NCBI GenBank assembly: GCA_022770345.1
Contig: JALEII010000023.1
Coordinates: 1-59,613 of the forward strand
Source: Clostridiales bacterium
GTDB lineage: Bacteria; Bacillota; Clostridia; Oscillospirales; Oscillospiraceae
Direction of reading: 5' to 3'
Length of the DNA: 59,613 bases
Below are positions 1 to 8,165 of this stretch, in pieces. A program made the translations under genes and the position numbers. The notes beneath the pieces were generated by a model. That model made no database searches and was not told where the DNA came from. It saw nothing but the letters and a program-made list of their open reading frames with translations. Numbering within the stretch: the stretch's first letter is position 1; the number at the start of each line of letters is the position of its first letter.

Positions 1-797
1 AAGGTCTACTGCAAACCCGTGGAACTATCTGTGGAGGAGAATCAGCGCAGGGAGTCGATCATTGCCAGAATTGACTACTGGCACACCCAGAAGCCTGGGG
101 TCGGCGCCAGGAAACTGGTCAGGCAGCTCAAAAACGAAGGTTTCGCTGTGGGTAGAAAGCTGGTCCGCCGGCTCATGGGTGAAATGGGCATTCAGGCGAT
201 CTACCCCAAGGCAAATCTTTCAAAACGAAACTTTCAGGACACAATTGTTCCGTATTTACTCTGAAACAAGGATGTGTTTCTCCCAAATCAGGTCTGGTCT
301 ATTGACATCTCATACATCAAGATGCAGCACGGCCATATGTATTTGACGGCCATCATCGACTGGTACAGCCGCGTGATCGTTGGCTGGAACCTGTCCGACA
401 CGCTGGACACAATCTATGTGATTCAGGCGGTCAAGGATGCCGTGGCAGCTCATGGCGTTCCTGGCATTCTGAACTCCGATCAGGGCTGTCAGTTCACCAG
501 CAACGCTGACAAAACGCTTTTGAAGGAGCTTCACATCCGTCAGAGCATGGACGGCAAATCCCGCTGGGCGGACAATGTGATGATCGAGCGTTGGTTCCGC
601 AGCCTCAAAACGGAGGAAATCTACATCAACGAGTATCCAACCCCTAGAGCCTTACGTAAAGCGATCAGCGCTTACATCCAGCAGTACAACACCGTCCGGC
701 CCCATCAGGCGCTGGGCTATGAGACCCCGAGGCCGTTTATGGAAGCTGCTTTGTCTCGTCGGCCGCTGACCTTGACAGCCTGGTTCTGGCTGGTTGA
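1..797 (+). pseudogene. IS3-family transposase OrfB, disrupted
   Basis: ORFs 19-264 and 274-1071 are in the same frame, separated by TGA 262-264 (PYLL*NKDVFLPNQVW; CGA/Arg expected). A probable second lesion (frameshift) near 727-730 after GYETP; the alternative frame reads EAVYGSCF... and stops at 795-797. Confidence 0.8.
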
Positions 798-1019
798 CAA
801 CAAGCGGCGAGGGTGCGGAGTGGGTCGAAACAATTCCGGACACCTCGCCCGACCATTGTACCAGCCAGCCCCATCCAGTCAAGGCGACCCTGCTCCGCAG
901 GGCAGCTGGCGGGTGCACCATGGCACCAGTGACGGCTCAGGCAACACAATGGGTCAATATGGTATTATCTGGTTCACGATAATTTTTTCAGGATTGGTCT
1001 TGACAGGGGGACCATTATA
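1..1019 (+). mobile_element. IS3-family insertion sequence, right part (left end outside window)
   Basis: OrfB-like HTH and DDE motifs (PNQVWSIDISY, NSDQGCQF, ERWFRSLKTE, YNTVRPHQALGY). The element ends in GTCTTGACAGGGGGACCATTATA (~997-1019), which resembles an IS3-type right inverted repeat. Confidence 0.8.
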
Positions 1020-1043
1020 TAGAAAAAGCTTCCCTTTTTCATC

Positions 1044-1072
1044 TTGTTATTTCGATCCAATCAAGGTATGAT
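1044..1072 (+). promoter_or_regulatory. SigA-type promoter for the HEPN-motif gene
   Basis: TTGTTA-17 nt-TATGAT; GGAG RBS before ATG 1106. Confidence 0.5.
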
Positions 1073-1105
1073 AGTATAAACAAAACTGGTGATTGGAGAA
1101 GAATA

Positions 1106-2536
1106 ATGGTTACACTCAAGAACACTATTTTAGGTGGCAAAGCAGAGGGTTCCGGCGGTACAAATTGGAGTGGTATTCTGTTTTGGCTCAATGCTAAAGC
1201 CCAAGGCAGTAAGCTATACCATTTAGGAAACTGGGATGTGGAAATTAGCGGTTCAAACTTCATCGTTGCAAGAACTACAGATGTGCTTACAAACGCAGAA
1301 ATGCGGAAGAAAGGATACAATGTGTGTGAAAAAGCACTTGATATTTTTTGCGCCGACGGCCTTGGTGCGCTCCACATAATATCTCCATTTGAAAGGAACT
1401 TGCTGCTTTCCAACACAGATGGAAAAACATCATTGTGGATTTCCTGTGCAGAAGATTTTACAATAAGTGTACAAGCAACACTTTCTGTTCAAGACAAGGA
1501 CGGGAACATCATCCCGTCTGCACCAAGATCCCAAACCGCATGGGAAAATGTCTATAGCTACTACCGGTATTCGAAACTGAGCAATAATATTTATGACGAA
1601 TACAGATGGATGTATCTAGTCTTTGAAATAATCATGCAAAGGATTTCGCCAATCGGTTTCGATGCAGTAAAGAACAAACCCACAGAAAAGGAAGGAAAAT
1701 GGATTCTCAGAGCATTAAGAGAAGCAGACACCCAGTTCGGGTGGATCACGGCAATGAATTGGCCAACTACGGACCCAATTACGTATTTCTACACTGAACA
1801 ATATGACGGTGCGCGATGCAATCTATTCCATTCTAAGGGTGGGCACCTTCAGCCAAACGAGCATATCAGTCTAAATAATGTTTCTATGCGACTTAAAGAA
1901 CTGGATCAGTTATGTGTATTCCTAATGCGGCGCATTTATAATGTCAACGCCTGTGGTGGCGTGCTTACATATCATGGTTTTGAGATGTGTATGAACCACC
2001 TATTTGATAATGCATCTGCCTACCTATCAGAAACAGATATTATGCCACTGGGTAGTTCTGTGTCACTTCAAGATGTTAACCCCTTTTTGTGTCTTGACGA
2101 GATCCCCGAAAAAGCAATGCGAGAAAATGAAGTAGTAATCCATGTATTTCATGCACCATTCCCAGAGCACGAAGAACGAAAAGTGCGCTCTTATGGAGTG
2201 AAGAATGGTGACGAACTGGCAATTTACGATTATCCGTATGAACAAACACTATCCGTTCAGGGAATAGATGATGTGTACCTTGTCCAGATGATAAAACTTG
2301 TCAATAAGAGTGACAAAAAACAGCATAAGCATAATGGTATTGTTTCATCGTATCAAATGTCCGTTTGTTTTTTGACGATGCTTAAAGTAATCCAAGTGCG
2401 TTCCATATTGTTTTCCTCACATAAAAAGACGTGCCGGGATGTTCAATCATCCCGGCACACGTTGATTTATGGGCCAAAAGCATTTGCAAACTTGTCCGTG
2501 GCGGCTTTCATCTGTTGCAAGTCAGACCGCACATAG
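1106..2536 (+). CDS. Hypothetical protein with HEPN-like motif (ApeA/MauJ-like HEPN RNase candidate)
   Basis: 476-aa AT-rich ORF. YYRYS...YRWMYLVFE helix followed by RCNLFH (Rx4H, 1814-1831). The last ~70 codons run through the integrase terminator and may be read-through. Confidence 0.7.
   Translation: MVTLKNTILGGKAEGSGGTNWSGILFWLNAKAQGSKLYHLGNWDVEISGSNFIVARTTDVLTNAEMRKKGYNVCEKALDIFCADGLGALHIISPFERNLLLSNTDGKTSLWISCAEDFTISVQATLSVQDKDGNIIPSAPRSQTAWENVYSYYRYSKLSNNIYDEYRWMYLVFEIIMQRISPIGFDAVKNKPTEKEGKWILRALREADTQFGWITAMNWPTTDPITYFYTEQYDGARCNLFHSKGGHLQPNEHISLNNVSMRLKELDQLCVFLMRRIYNVNACGGVLTYHGFEMCMNHLFDNASAYLSETDIMPLGSSVSLQDVNPFLCLDEIPEKAMRENEVVIHVFHAPFPEHEERKVRSYGVKNGDELAIYDYPYEQTLSVQGIDDVYLVQMIKLVNKSDKKQHKHNGIVSSYQMSVCFLTMLKVIQVRSILFSSHKKTCRDVQSSRHTLIYGPKAFANLSVAAFICCKSDRT
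2431..2458 (-). terminator. Intrinsic terminator of the integrase gene
   Basis: GTGCCGGGATG/CATCCCGGCAC hairpin followed by GTCTTTTT on the minus strand. Confidence 0.65.
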
Positions 2537-3669
2537 AAATTAAGGGTTGTACTTGCGTCGGAGTGTCCGAGGATTTCTTGCACACTCTTTATGTCCGCGC
2601 CGTTACTTAGAAGCAAAGTAGCGCAACTGTGACGGAGGTCATGGGGTGACATATCCGGGAGGTCATGGAGTTTCATAAACCGCTTGACCCGCCGCGTAAC
2701 AGAATTAGGGTCGCGCGCTAAAGCGGGGTTGTTATCCTTGGGGAAAAGGAAATCTTGCTTGCTCCATTCTGTGGCGTTTCGGAATTCCAGAAGCAGTGCG
2801 GCCACAGAGGGCATAAGCGGGATTTGCCGCAAGCTGCAATCCGTCTTGGGAGTACTCACCACAATGCCGCTGGCGGGCGTGTAGGTCACATTCCGTTTGA
2901 CCGAAATAACATAATGGTCAAAGTCAATATCGCCCCATTGTAAGCCCATCAGTTCGCCCCGGCATATTCCGGTAGTAATCATCAAATTCAGCATACAACG
3001 AAAATCAATAGGGCAATCATCAATCAAAGAGAAGAATTGTTTCGCCCGTTCTGCGGATAATGCATCCACCTTTTTCTTTGACAGTTTCGGGCAATCTACC
3101 TTGTCCATAGGGTTCTTCAAAATGCATTCTTGTTTCATAGCATAGGAAAAGATATTTGCAAGGGTGCAGTAATGGTGACGGATGGTTTTCTGTGCCATTG
3201 GCTTTCCCTGTGATGTTCTGTATTTCGTCCGTAAGTAAATCAAATATTTCTGAAGATCCGTCCCGTTGATTGATTGGATGGCCTTGCCGCTGAAATAGTT
3301 TGCTATGATGTTGGATATGTTTCGGTTGAAATCAATCGTTGCAGGCTTATGCTCGCCGTCACAGATACAGATTGGAAACCATATCTCGCGGATAAATGCT
3401 GCAAAGTCGGTTCTTGCTTTTGCAATCTCTCTTTCCCTTATGCGCTCCGGGTTCTGCAAGTCCTTTTGGAATTCAGCCTTTGCTTGCTTTTCCCATTCGG
3501 CGGCGGCTTTCTGCGCGGCCTTTTCTGCTCTGGAGGGTATCAGGCCTTCCGGTGCTTTCCACGTATTGCACCGCCAAATCTGCTTGCCAAATTCATCCCG
3601 GCCAACAAAGACCATGAATTTGTAGGAAATAACCTTGCCGTCTTTCTTGTTTTGAATGATGCTTGCCAT
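2467..3669 (-). CDS. Tyrosine recombinase/integrase (ICE/phage type), probably inactive
   Basis: HDLRHS, LGHS and TTLNFY motifs, SAM-like core, N-terminal arm-binding region. GAAAGGA RBS before MASIIQ. Box I reads TGICRGE instead of TGxRxxE. Confidence 0.92.
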   Translation of the reverse strand: MASIIQNKKDGKVISYKFMVFVGRDEFGKQIWRCNTWKAPEGLIPSRAEKAAQKAAAEWEKQAKAEFQKDLQNPERIREREIAKARTDFAAFIREIWFPICICDGEHKPATIDFNRNISNIIANYFSGKAIQSINGTDLQKYLIYLRTKYRTSQGKPMAQKTIRHHYCTLANIFSYAMKQECILKNPMDKVDCPKLSKKKVDALSAERAKQFFSLIDDCPIDFRCMLNLMITTGICRGELMGLQWGDIDFDHYVISVKRNVTYTPASGIVVSTPKTDCSLRQIPLMPSVAALLLEFRNATEWSKQDFLFPKDNNPALARDPNSVTRRVKRFMKLHDLPDMSPHDLRHSCATLLLSNGADIKSVQEILGHSDASTTLNFYVRSDLQQMKAATDKFANAFGP

Positions 3670-3780
3670 TGATAACAATTCCTTTCTTTTTGCTATCAAT
3701 ACCTTCCAAAACATACAAGTTGTTTACCTTTTTTGTTTACATAACGCATGAAGATGTATGCAAATGCACCCAAAAAAGTA

Positions 3781-3819
3781 AGAAAAAGCACCGAAACCTT
3801 GCGATTTCGATGCTTTTCT
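3781..3819 (-). terminator. Inverted repeat directly after the tRNA 3' end (terminator / att-arm hairpin)
   Basis: AGAAAAAGCACCGAAA...TTTCGATGCTTTTCT imperfect inverted repeat. Confidence 0.55.
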
Positions 3820-3820
3820 A

Positions 3821-3897
3821 TGGTCGGAGTGTCGGGATTCGAACCCGAGGCCTCTTGGACCCGAACCAAGCGCGATACCAAACTTCGCCACACCCCG
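3821..3897 (-). tRNA. tRNA-Pro(CGG)
   Basis: CGGGGTG/CACTCCG acceptor stem, CTTGG-TTCGGGT-CCAAG anticodon arm, GTTCGAATC T-loop, encoded CCA. Confidence 0.97.
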
Positions 3898-3909
3898 ATT
3901 TACCTGGCT

Positions 3910-3938
3910 ATTATAATGAATTTTTTGTGCCTTGTCAA
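3910..3938 (-). promoter_or_regulatory. Consensus SigA promoter of tRNA-Pro
   Basis: TTGACA-17 nt-TATAAT on the minus strand. Confidence 0.85.
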
Positions 3939-3957
3939 GCCCTCTTTTCCTGAAAAG

Positions 3958-3986
3958 TCCTATTTCCTTCCGGTGGGGCATAGACT
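3958..3986 (+). promoter_or_regulatory. Putative SigE-type sporulation promoter
   Basis: TCCTATT-14 nt-CATAGACT upstream of the spoIVF-like pair. Confidence 0.45.
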
Positions 3987-4003
3987 ACCCTGGAGGGATG
4001 CAC

Positions 4004-4192
4004 ATGAGCTATCAGATTCGTTACCCTGGAAAAATGCCCGGTGAGTCGCAGGCTCTGGAACGGGCGGTGGTCTTTTTTCTGATGCTGACTCTGACCCTGG
4101 CGGCGGGCATCCGGATTTTCCTTCCGGAACAGGCAGCAGCCTGGGTTCGGGGACTTCCAAGTTGGACCTGGAGCGGCCATGCTGCGCCTTAA
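4004..4192 (+). CDS. Small single-TM protein in the spoIVFA position (62 aa)
   Basis: GGAGG RBS 7 nt before ATG; one hydrophobic segment; overlaps the start of the M50 gene. Confidence 0.55.
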   Translation: MSYQIRYPGKMPGESQALERAVVFFLMLTLTLAAGIRIFLPEQAAAWVRGLPSWTWSGHAAP

Positions 4193-4730
4193 ATGTGCCC
4201 ATGCCCTGCCCGTCATTCTGGCGGCGGCTCTATTACTGCTGCCCTGGGGCTGGGTGGGAGCCTTTCTGGCCGCTGCCGCAGTCCATGAGCTGGGCCACAT
4301 CCTGGCAGTCCGGGTTTTGGGCGGGAAAATCGTTGAAATGACACTGGGACTCCATGGAGCGCAAATTTGCACCGCCCCCATGGACCCTAAATTTCAGCTT
4401 CCCGCCATTTTGGCCGGGCCGATTTTCGGCCTTCTTCCGGCGCTTTTGTGGGAAAAATGCCCCCGGCTGGCCTTCTGTGCCACACTGCTCTCCGCCTGGA
4501 ATATGCTGCCCATTTATCCCCTGGACGGAGGACGAGCTTTGCGGCTTTTGCTCAGAGAAAACTGCACATGGGCCGAGTGGCTCCTGCTTCTGCCCGCCGC
4601 TTTTCTGCTGGGCCTCCTGCTGCATCGTCTGGGTCTCCCCTTCTGGTGGGCAAGTCTGACCATTCCAGAAAAATTGCTTGCAAACTTCCGAAAAAGCGGG
4701 TACAATAGGGGCAATACAGAAATGAGGTAG
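4179..4730 (+). CDS. spoIVFB: Site-2 (M50) intramembrane protease, SpoIVFB-like
   Basis: HELGH zinc motif and NMLPIYPLDGG motif; sits upstream of the radical SAM pair as in other Clostridia. Confidence 0.75.
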   Translation: MLRLKCAHALPVILAAALLLLPWGWVGAFLAAAAVHELGHILAVRVLGGKIVEMTLGLHGAQICTAPMDPKFQLPAILAGPIFGLLPALLWEKCPRLAFCATLLSAWNMLPIYPLDGGRALRLLLRENCTWAEWLLLLPAAFLLGLLLHRLGLPFWWASLTIPEKLLANFRKSGYNRGNTEMR

Positions 4731-4734
4731 TACC

Positions 4735-6570
4735 ATGCAGGTTTCCCTGGAACGTATCCTCCCCATCGTCCAGAAGCCCGGACGCTATACCGGCGGAGAA
4801 TACAACCAAATCAAAAAAGATCTGAATACCGTACGCACCCGCATTGCCTTCTGCTTCCCGGACACCTACGAGATCGGAATGTCAAATCTGGGAATGCGTA
4901 TCCTATACGGCGTGATGAACGAGATGGACGGGGTCTGGTGTGAGCGGGTGTTCGCCCCCTGGGCGGATATGCAGTCGGCCATGGAGGCCAATCACATTCC
5001 CCTCTGGGCCTTGGAAAGCCAGGACAGCGTAGCCGATTTTGACATGATCGCATTCACCATCGGCTACGAGATGAGTTACAGCAATATTCTCAATATGCTG
5101 CGCCTTTCCGGGGTCCCACTGCATAGCAAGGACCGTCAGGGTCTGAAAAACATCGTCTTTGCAGGAGGCGTATGCACCTTCAACCCGGAGCCCCTGGCGG
5201 ATTATATTGATTTTTTCTCCCTGGGCGAAGGGGAAGAAAGCACCGTTGAGATTGTTTCCCTGTATCAGAAGGCCCAGGCGAAAAATTGGGATAAGGACCG
5301 TTTTTTGCTGGAAGTCTCCAAAATCGACGGCGTGTATGTGCCCTCTTTTTACCGGCATGAGTATAACGCCGACGGCACTCTTGAGCGCATTGTCCCCCTG
5401 AACGGCGCTCCGGCCACCGTGACCAAGCGCATCGTGGAGGACCTGGACCACACCTATTTCCCCACCAAGCCCATCGTGGCCTCCACCGAAATCGTCCACG
5501 ACCGGGCCAATCTGGAGGTATTCCGGGGCTGCATCCGGGGCTGCCGGTTCTGCCAGGCGGGCTTTTCCTGCCGCCCGGTCCGCCGGAAAAGTCCCGAGGT
5601 GCTGGAAGCCCAGGCGGAAGCCACTCTGGCCTCCACGGGCTTTGGGGACCTGACCATTTCCAGCCTGTCCACCTCAGACTACCGGGCCTTGCCAGAGCTG
5701 ATGGAGGGCCTTATCCCCTACTGCACCGCCCACCGGGTCAATCTGGCAGTCCCCTCTCTCCGGGCGGACAACTTCTCCCGGGAATTGATGGAAAAGTTGA
5801 AAACCCTGCGGCGCAGCGGCCTGACCTTCGCCCCGGAGGCGGGAAGTCAGCGGCTGCGGGACGTCATCAACAAAAACCTCACTGAGGAAGAAATCCTCTC
5901 CACCTGCGCCCTGGCCTTTTCCGGCGGCTGGAACGGCGTGAAGCTCTACTTCATGCTGGGCCTGCCCACGGAGACCGACGAGGATGTGCTGGGCATTGCG
6001 GACCTGGTGTATAAGGTCATCCAGGCCTGGAAGGAGAACGCCGTCAACAAAAAGCGGGGACTGCGGGTCCATGTGGCCACGGCCTACTTTGTTCCCAAGC
6101 CCCACACCCCCTTCCAGTGGGAGCCGCAGATCACCCCGGAGGAATATCTGCGCCGCTGCAAGCTTCTGAAATCCCATTTTTATGCCAAGTGCATCGAATA
6201 CGACTACCATTCCCCGGATCTTAGCCGGCTGGAAGCCGTGTTTGCCCGTGGGGATCGGCGGGTAGGTCCGGTCATTGAGGAAGCCATGAACCGCGGCGCC
6301 AAGCTGGACGGCTGGGACGAATTTTTCGACTATCCCACCTGGCTGGATGCCTTCCGGGCCTGCGGGGTAGACATCAACTACTACACCACCCGTGGCTTCG
6401 GCGAGGACGAAATTCTCCCCTGGGATCCTATTGACGTAGGCGTGCGGAAGGACTTCCTGCTGCGGGAGCGGCATCGGGCCTATGAATCCAAGGTCACGCC
6501 AGACTGCCGCCAGGGCTGTGCCGGGTGCGGGGCCAACTGCCTGCTGAAAGAGGTGAAGTGCGATGCTTAG
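4735..6570 (+). CDS. B12-binding radical SAM protein (TIGR03960-type)
   Basis: FPDTYEIGMS N-terminus, CIRGCRFC motif, C-terminal CxxxCxxCG. Confidence 0.92.
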   Translation: MQVSLERILPIVQKPGRYTGGEYNQIKKDLNTVRTRIAFCFPDTYEIGMSNLGMRILYGVMNEMDGVWCERVFAPWADMQSAMEANHIPLWALESQDSVADFDMIAFTIGYEMSYSNILNMLRLSGVPLHSKDRQGLKNIVFAGGVCTFNPEPLADYIDFFSLGEGEESTVEIVSLYQKAQAKNWDKDRFLLEVSKIDGVYVPSFYRHEYNADGTLERIVPLNGAPATVTKRIVEDLDHTYFPTKPIVASTEIVHDRANLEVFRGCIRGCRFCQAGFSCRPVRRKSPEVLEAQAEATLASTGFGDLTISSLSTSDYRALPELMEGLIPYCTAHRVNLAVPSLRADNFSRELMEKLKTLRRSGLTFAPEAGSQRLRDVINKNLTEEEILSTCALAFSGGWNGVKLYFMLGLPTETDEDVLGIADLVYKVIQAWKENAVNKKRGLRVHVATAYFVPKPHTPFQWEPQITPEEYLRRCKLLKSHFYAKCIEYDYHSPDLSRLEAVFARGDRRVGPVIEEAMNRGAKLDGWDEFFDYPTWLDAFRACGVDINYYTTRGFGEDEILPWDPIDVGVRKDFLLRERHRAYESKVTPDCRQGCAGCGANCLLKEVKCDA

Positions 6571-7219
6571 AGCCTTGTTCGAGAAAACCGGCACGGCAGT
6601 GTGGATCTCCCACCTGGACCTGATGCGGCTGTTCCAGCGTGCCTTTGCCCGGGCGAATCTGCCATTGAAGCACACCCAGGGATTTAACCCCCGGCCCTCC
6701 GTATCCATTGCTCTGCCCCTGTCCGTAGGCATGGAAAGCGTATGCGAGCTGCTGGATTTCGAGGTGGAAGGAAATTTCACCCCGGAGGAAATTACCAAGC
6801 GGCTCAATGAAACGCTCATCGACGGGGTCCGGGTCCGGGAGGTCTACGAAGGCAGCCGGAAGATTCGGGACCTGGCGCTTCTGGAATGCGAGGTGTTCCT
6901 GGAATATGACGCAGGGGTCCCGGAGAATGCTCTGGAAACCCTGGCGGCCCTTTTCGGCCGGGAATCCATCGTTGTCACGAAGAAGAGCAAAAACGGCCCA
7001 GTGGAGCAGGACATCCGTCCCATGCTCCGGGAGGCCCTGGTACGGCCCGAAAATGAGCAGCTTCTGGCCCTTTCTGCCATCATTTGCTGCCAGAATCCCA
7101 CTTTGAACCCGGCGCTGCTCCTTTCGGCCATTGAAAAATATGCCCCGGAGGCCAAGCCGGACTTCGCCAAAATCAAGCGGCTGGAAATTTACGACAAAGA
7201 CGGAACCGTTTTCCGATAA
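6563..7219 (+). CDS. Radical SAM-linked protein (TIGR03936/DUF2344-type)
   Basis: ISHLDLMR...RA...TQGFNPRP motif; overlaps the preceding stop. Confidence 0.9.
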   Translation: MLRALFEKTGTAVWISHLDLMRLFQRAFARANLPLKHTQGFNPRPSVSIALPLSVGMESVCELLDFEVEGNFTPEEITKRLNETLIDGVRVREVYEGSRKIRDLALLECEVFLEYDAGVPENALETLAALFGRESIVVTKKSKNGPVEQDIRPMLREALVRPENEQLLALSAIICCQNPTLNPALLLSAIEKYAPEAKPDFAKIKRLEIYDKDGTVFR

Positions 7220-7235
7220 TCAAGGAGGAACCAAT

Positions 7236-7457
7236 ATGGAAAAACACGAAATTATTCTGGAGGACTGCCCCCACTGCCGTGGCACCGGCGTAATGATGCA
7301 CGAGGGCAACTGGAACGTGGAAGTAGAGTGCCTGGACTGCGGTGCCCACACGGTCTATGTGGAGTACGAGACAGAAGAAGAAAAGGAAGCCGCCGAGCGG
7401 CAGGTGGCCCAGCTCTGGAACATGGGCAAGGTCATCAAGATTGATCCGGGCGAATAA
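7236..7457 (+). CDS. Zinc-ribbon protein, Lar (restriction alleviation)-like
   Basis: AAGGAGG RBS; CPHC...VECLDCGA...AQLWN pattern. Confidence 0.75.
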   Translation: MEKHEIILEDCPHCRGTGVMMHEGNWNVEVECLDCGAHTVYVEYETEEEKEAAERQVAQLWNMGKVIKIDPGE

Positions 7458-7554
7458 GATCAGGAAAATTTTTCGGGAAATTGAAAAATAATGCTTGCAT
7501 TTTTCGGCGAGGTATGATAGAATACTCAGGCAGTCGAGAGACGCAAGCAAATAT

Positions 7555-7631
7555 CCGGGTGTGGCGAAGTTTGGTATCGCGCTTGAATGGGGTTCAAGAG
7601 GCCGCTGGTTCGAATCCAGTCACTCGGACCA
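7555..7631 (+). tRNA. tRNA-Pro(GGG)
   Basis: CCGGGTG/CACTCGG acceptor, CTTGA-ATGGGGT-TCAAG anticodon arm, CCA end; TTGCAT-17-TAGAAT promoter at 7495-7523. Confidence 0.97.
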
Positions 7632-7667
7632 ATCGGAGTATCCTTTGGGATACTCCGATTTTCTTTC
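7632..7667 (+). terminator. Intrinsic terminator after tRNA-Pro(GGG)
   Basis: ATCGGAGTATCC/GGATACTCCGAT hairpin followed by a T-tract. Confidence 0.8.
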
Positions 7668-7736
7668 TTCCCAGTAACAAGCAAGGGATGCCGACGTTGG
7701 TCGGTGTCCCCGGCGTTTTTTCTTTCCGGCGTAGGT

Positions 7737-7940
7737 CTCAATCTGCTTGGCATGGCTGTCGCCATATTTCACGCCGCCCTTCCCGTCAAAGTTTCAGGTA
7801 GCGGAGCCGTCTGCCCCAGGTCCCCGGTCCAGGTACCAAGCAGCGCATCCTTACTGCAGCAGGCAGCCATCGTCAGGATCAGCGCCGCCACAACAATCAT
7901 CAGAATGCCCCTGGACCTTTAGTAATTTTTGTCCCTTCAT
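7737..7940 (-). pseudogene. Decayed lipoprotein gene
   Basis: GAGGA RBS and ATG. Joining frames gives MKGQKLLKV/GILMIVVAALILTMAAC-CSKDALLGTWTGDLG/ADGSAT*NFDGKGG: a lipobox, two frameshifts and a stop. Confidence 0.5.
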
Positions 7941-8165
7941 GTTGGTTCCTCGCGATTTTTGCTGTTTATTCGCCAGCGTACCAGTCTTCCGCAAGCAGCG
8001 CATCCAAGAACGCATAGAGCGTTTTTCCTTGTTCTGCGGCATAGCCCTCCCGGCCCGTTCCGGAGGAGCGGCACGATGCTGTCTATACAGCTATTGACCA
8101 AAAATAAGATTTTTAACATAAAATCGCCCCGCAGGCGGGAATCTATTCCCTCTGCGGGGCAAATT

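Larger units (their letters stand above)
1..3820. mobile_element. Integrative element / genomic island end, abutting the tRNA-Pro 3' end
   Basis: A tyrosine integrase starts ~150 bp from the tRNA CCA end. Bases 1020-3800 are visibly AT-richer than the flanking genes and carry IS and orphan cargo. The other att site is not in the window. Confidence 0.75.

Noticed and set aside
262-264. Programmed recoding at the IS3 in-frame TGA
   Set aside because: IS3 frameshifting occurs at the orfA/orfB junction, upstream of this point. A CGA to TGA transition plus a second lesion near 728 explains it as decay.
3663-4044. Short ORFs overlapping the tRNA genes (also 7481-7801 and 47512-47811)
   Set aside because: They are translations of tRNA, promoter and terminator sequence.
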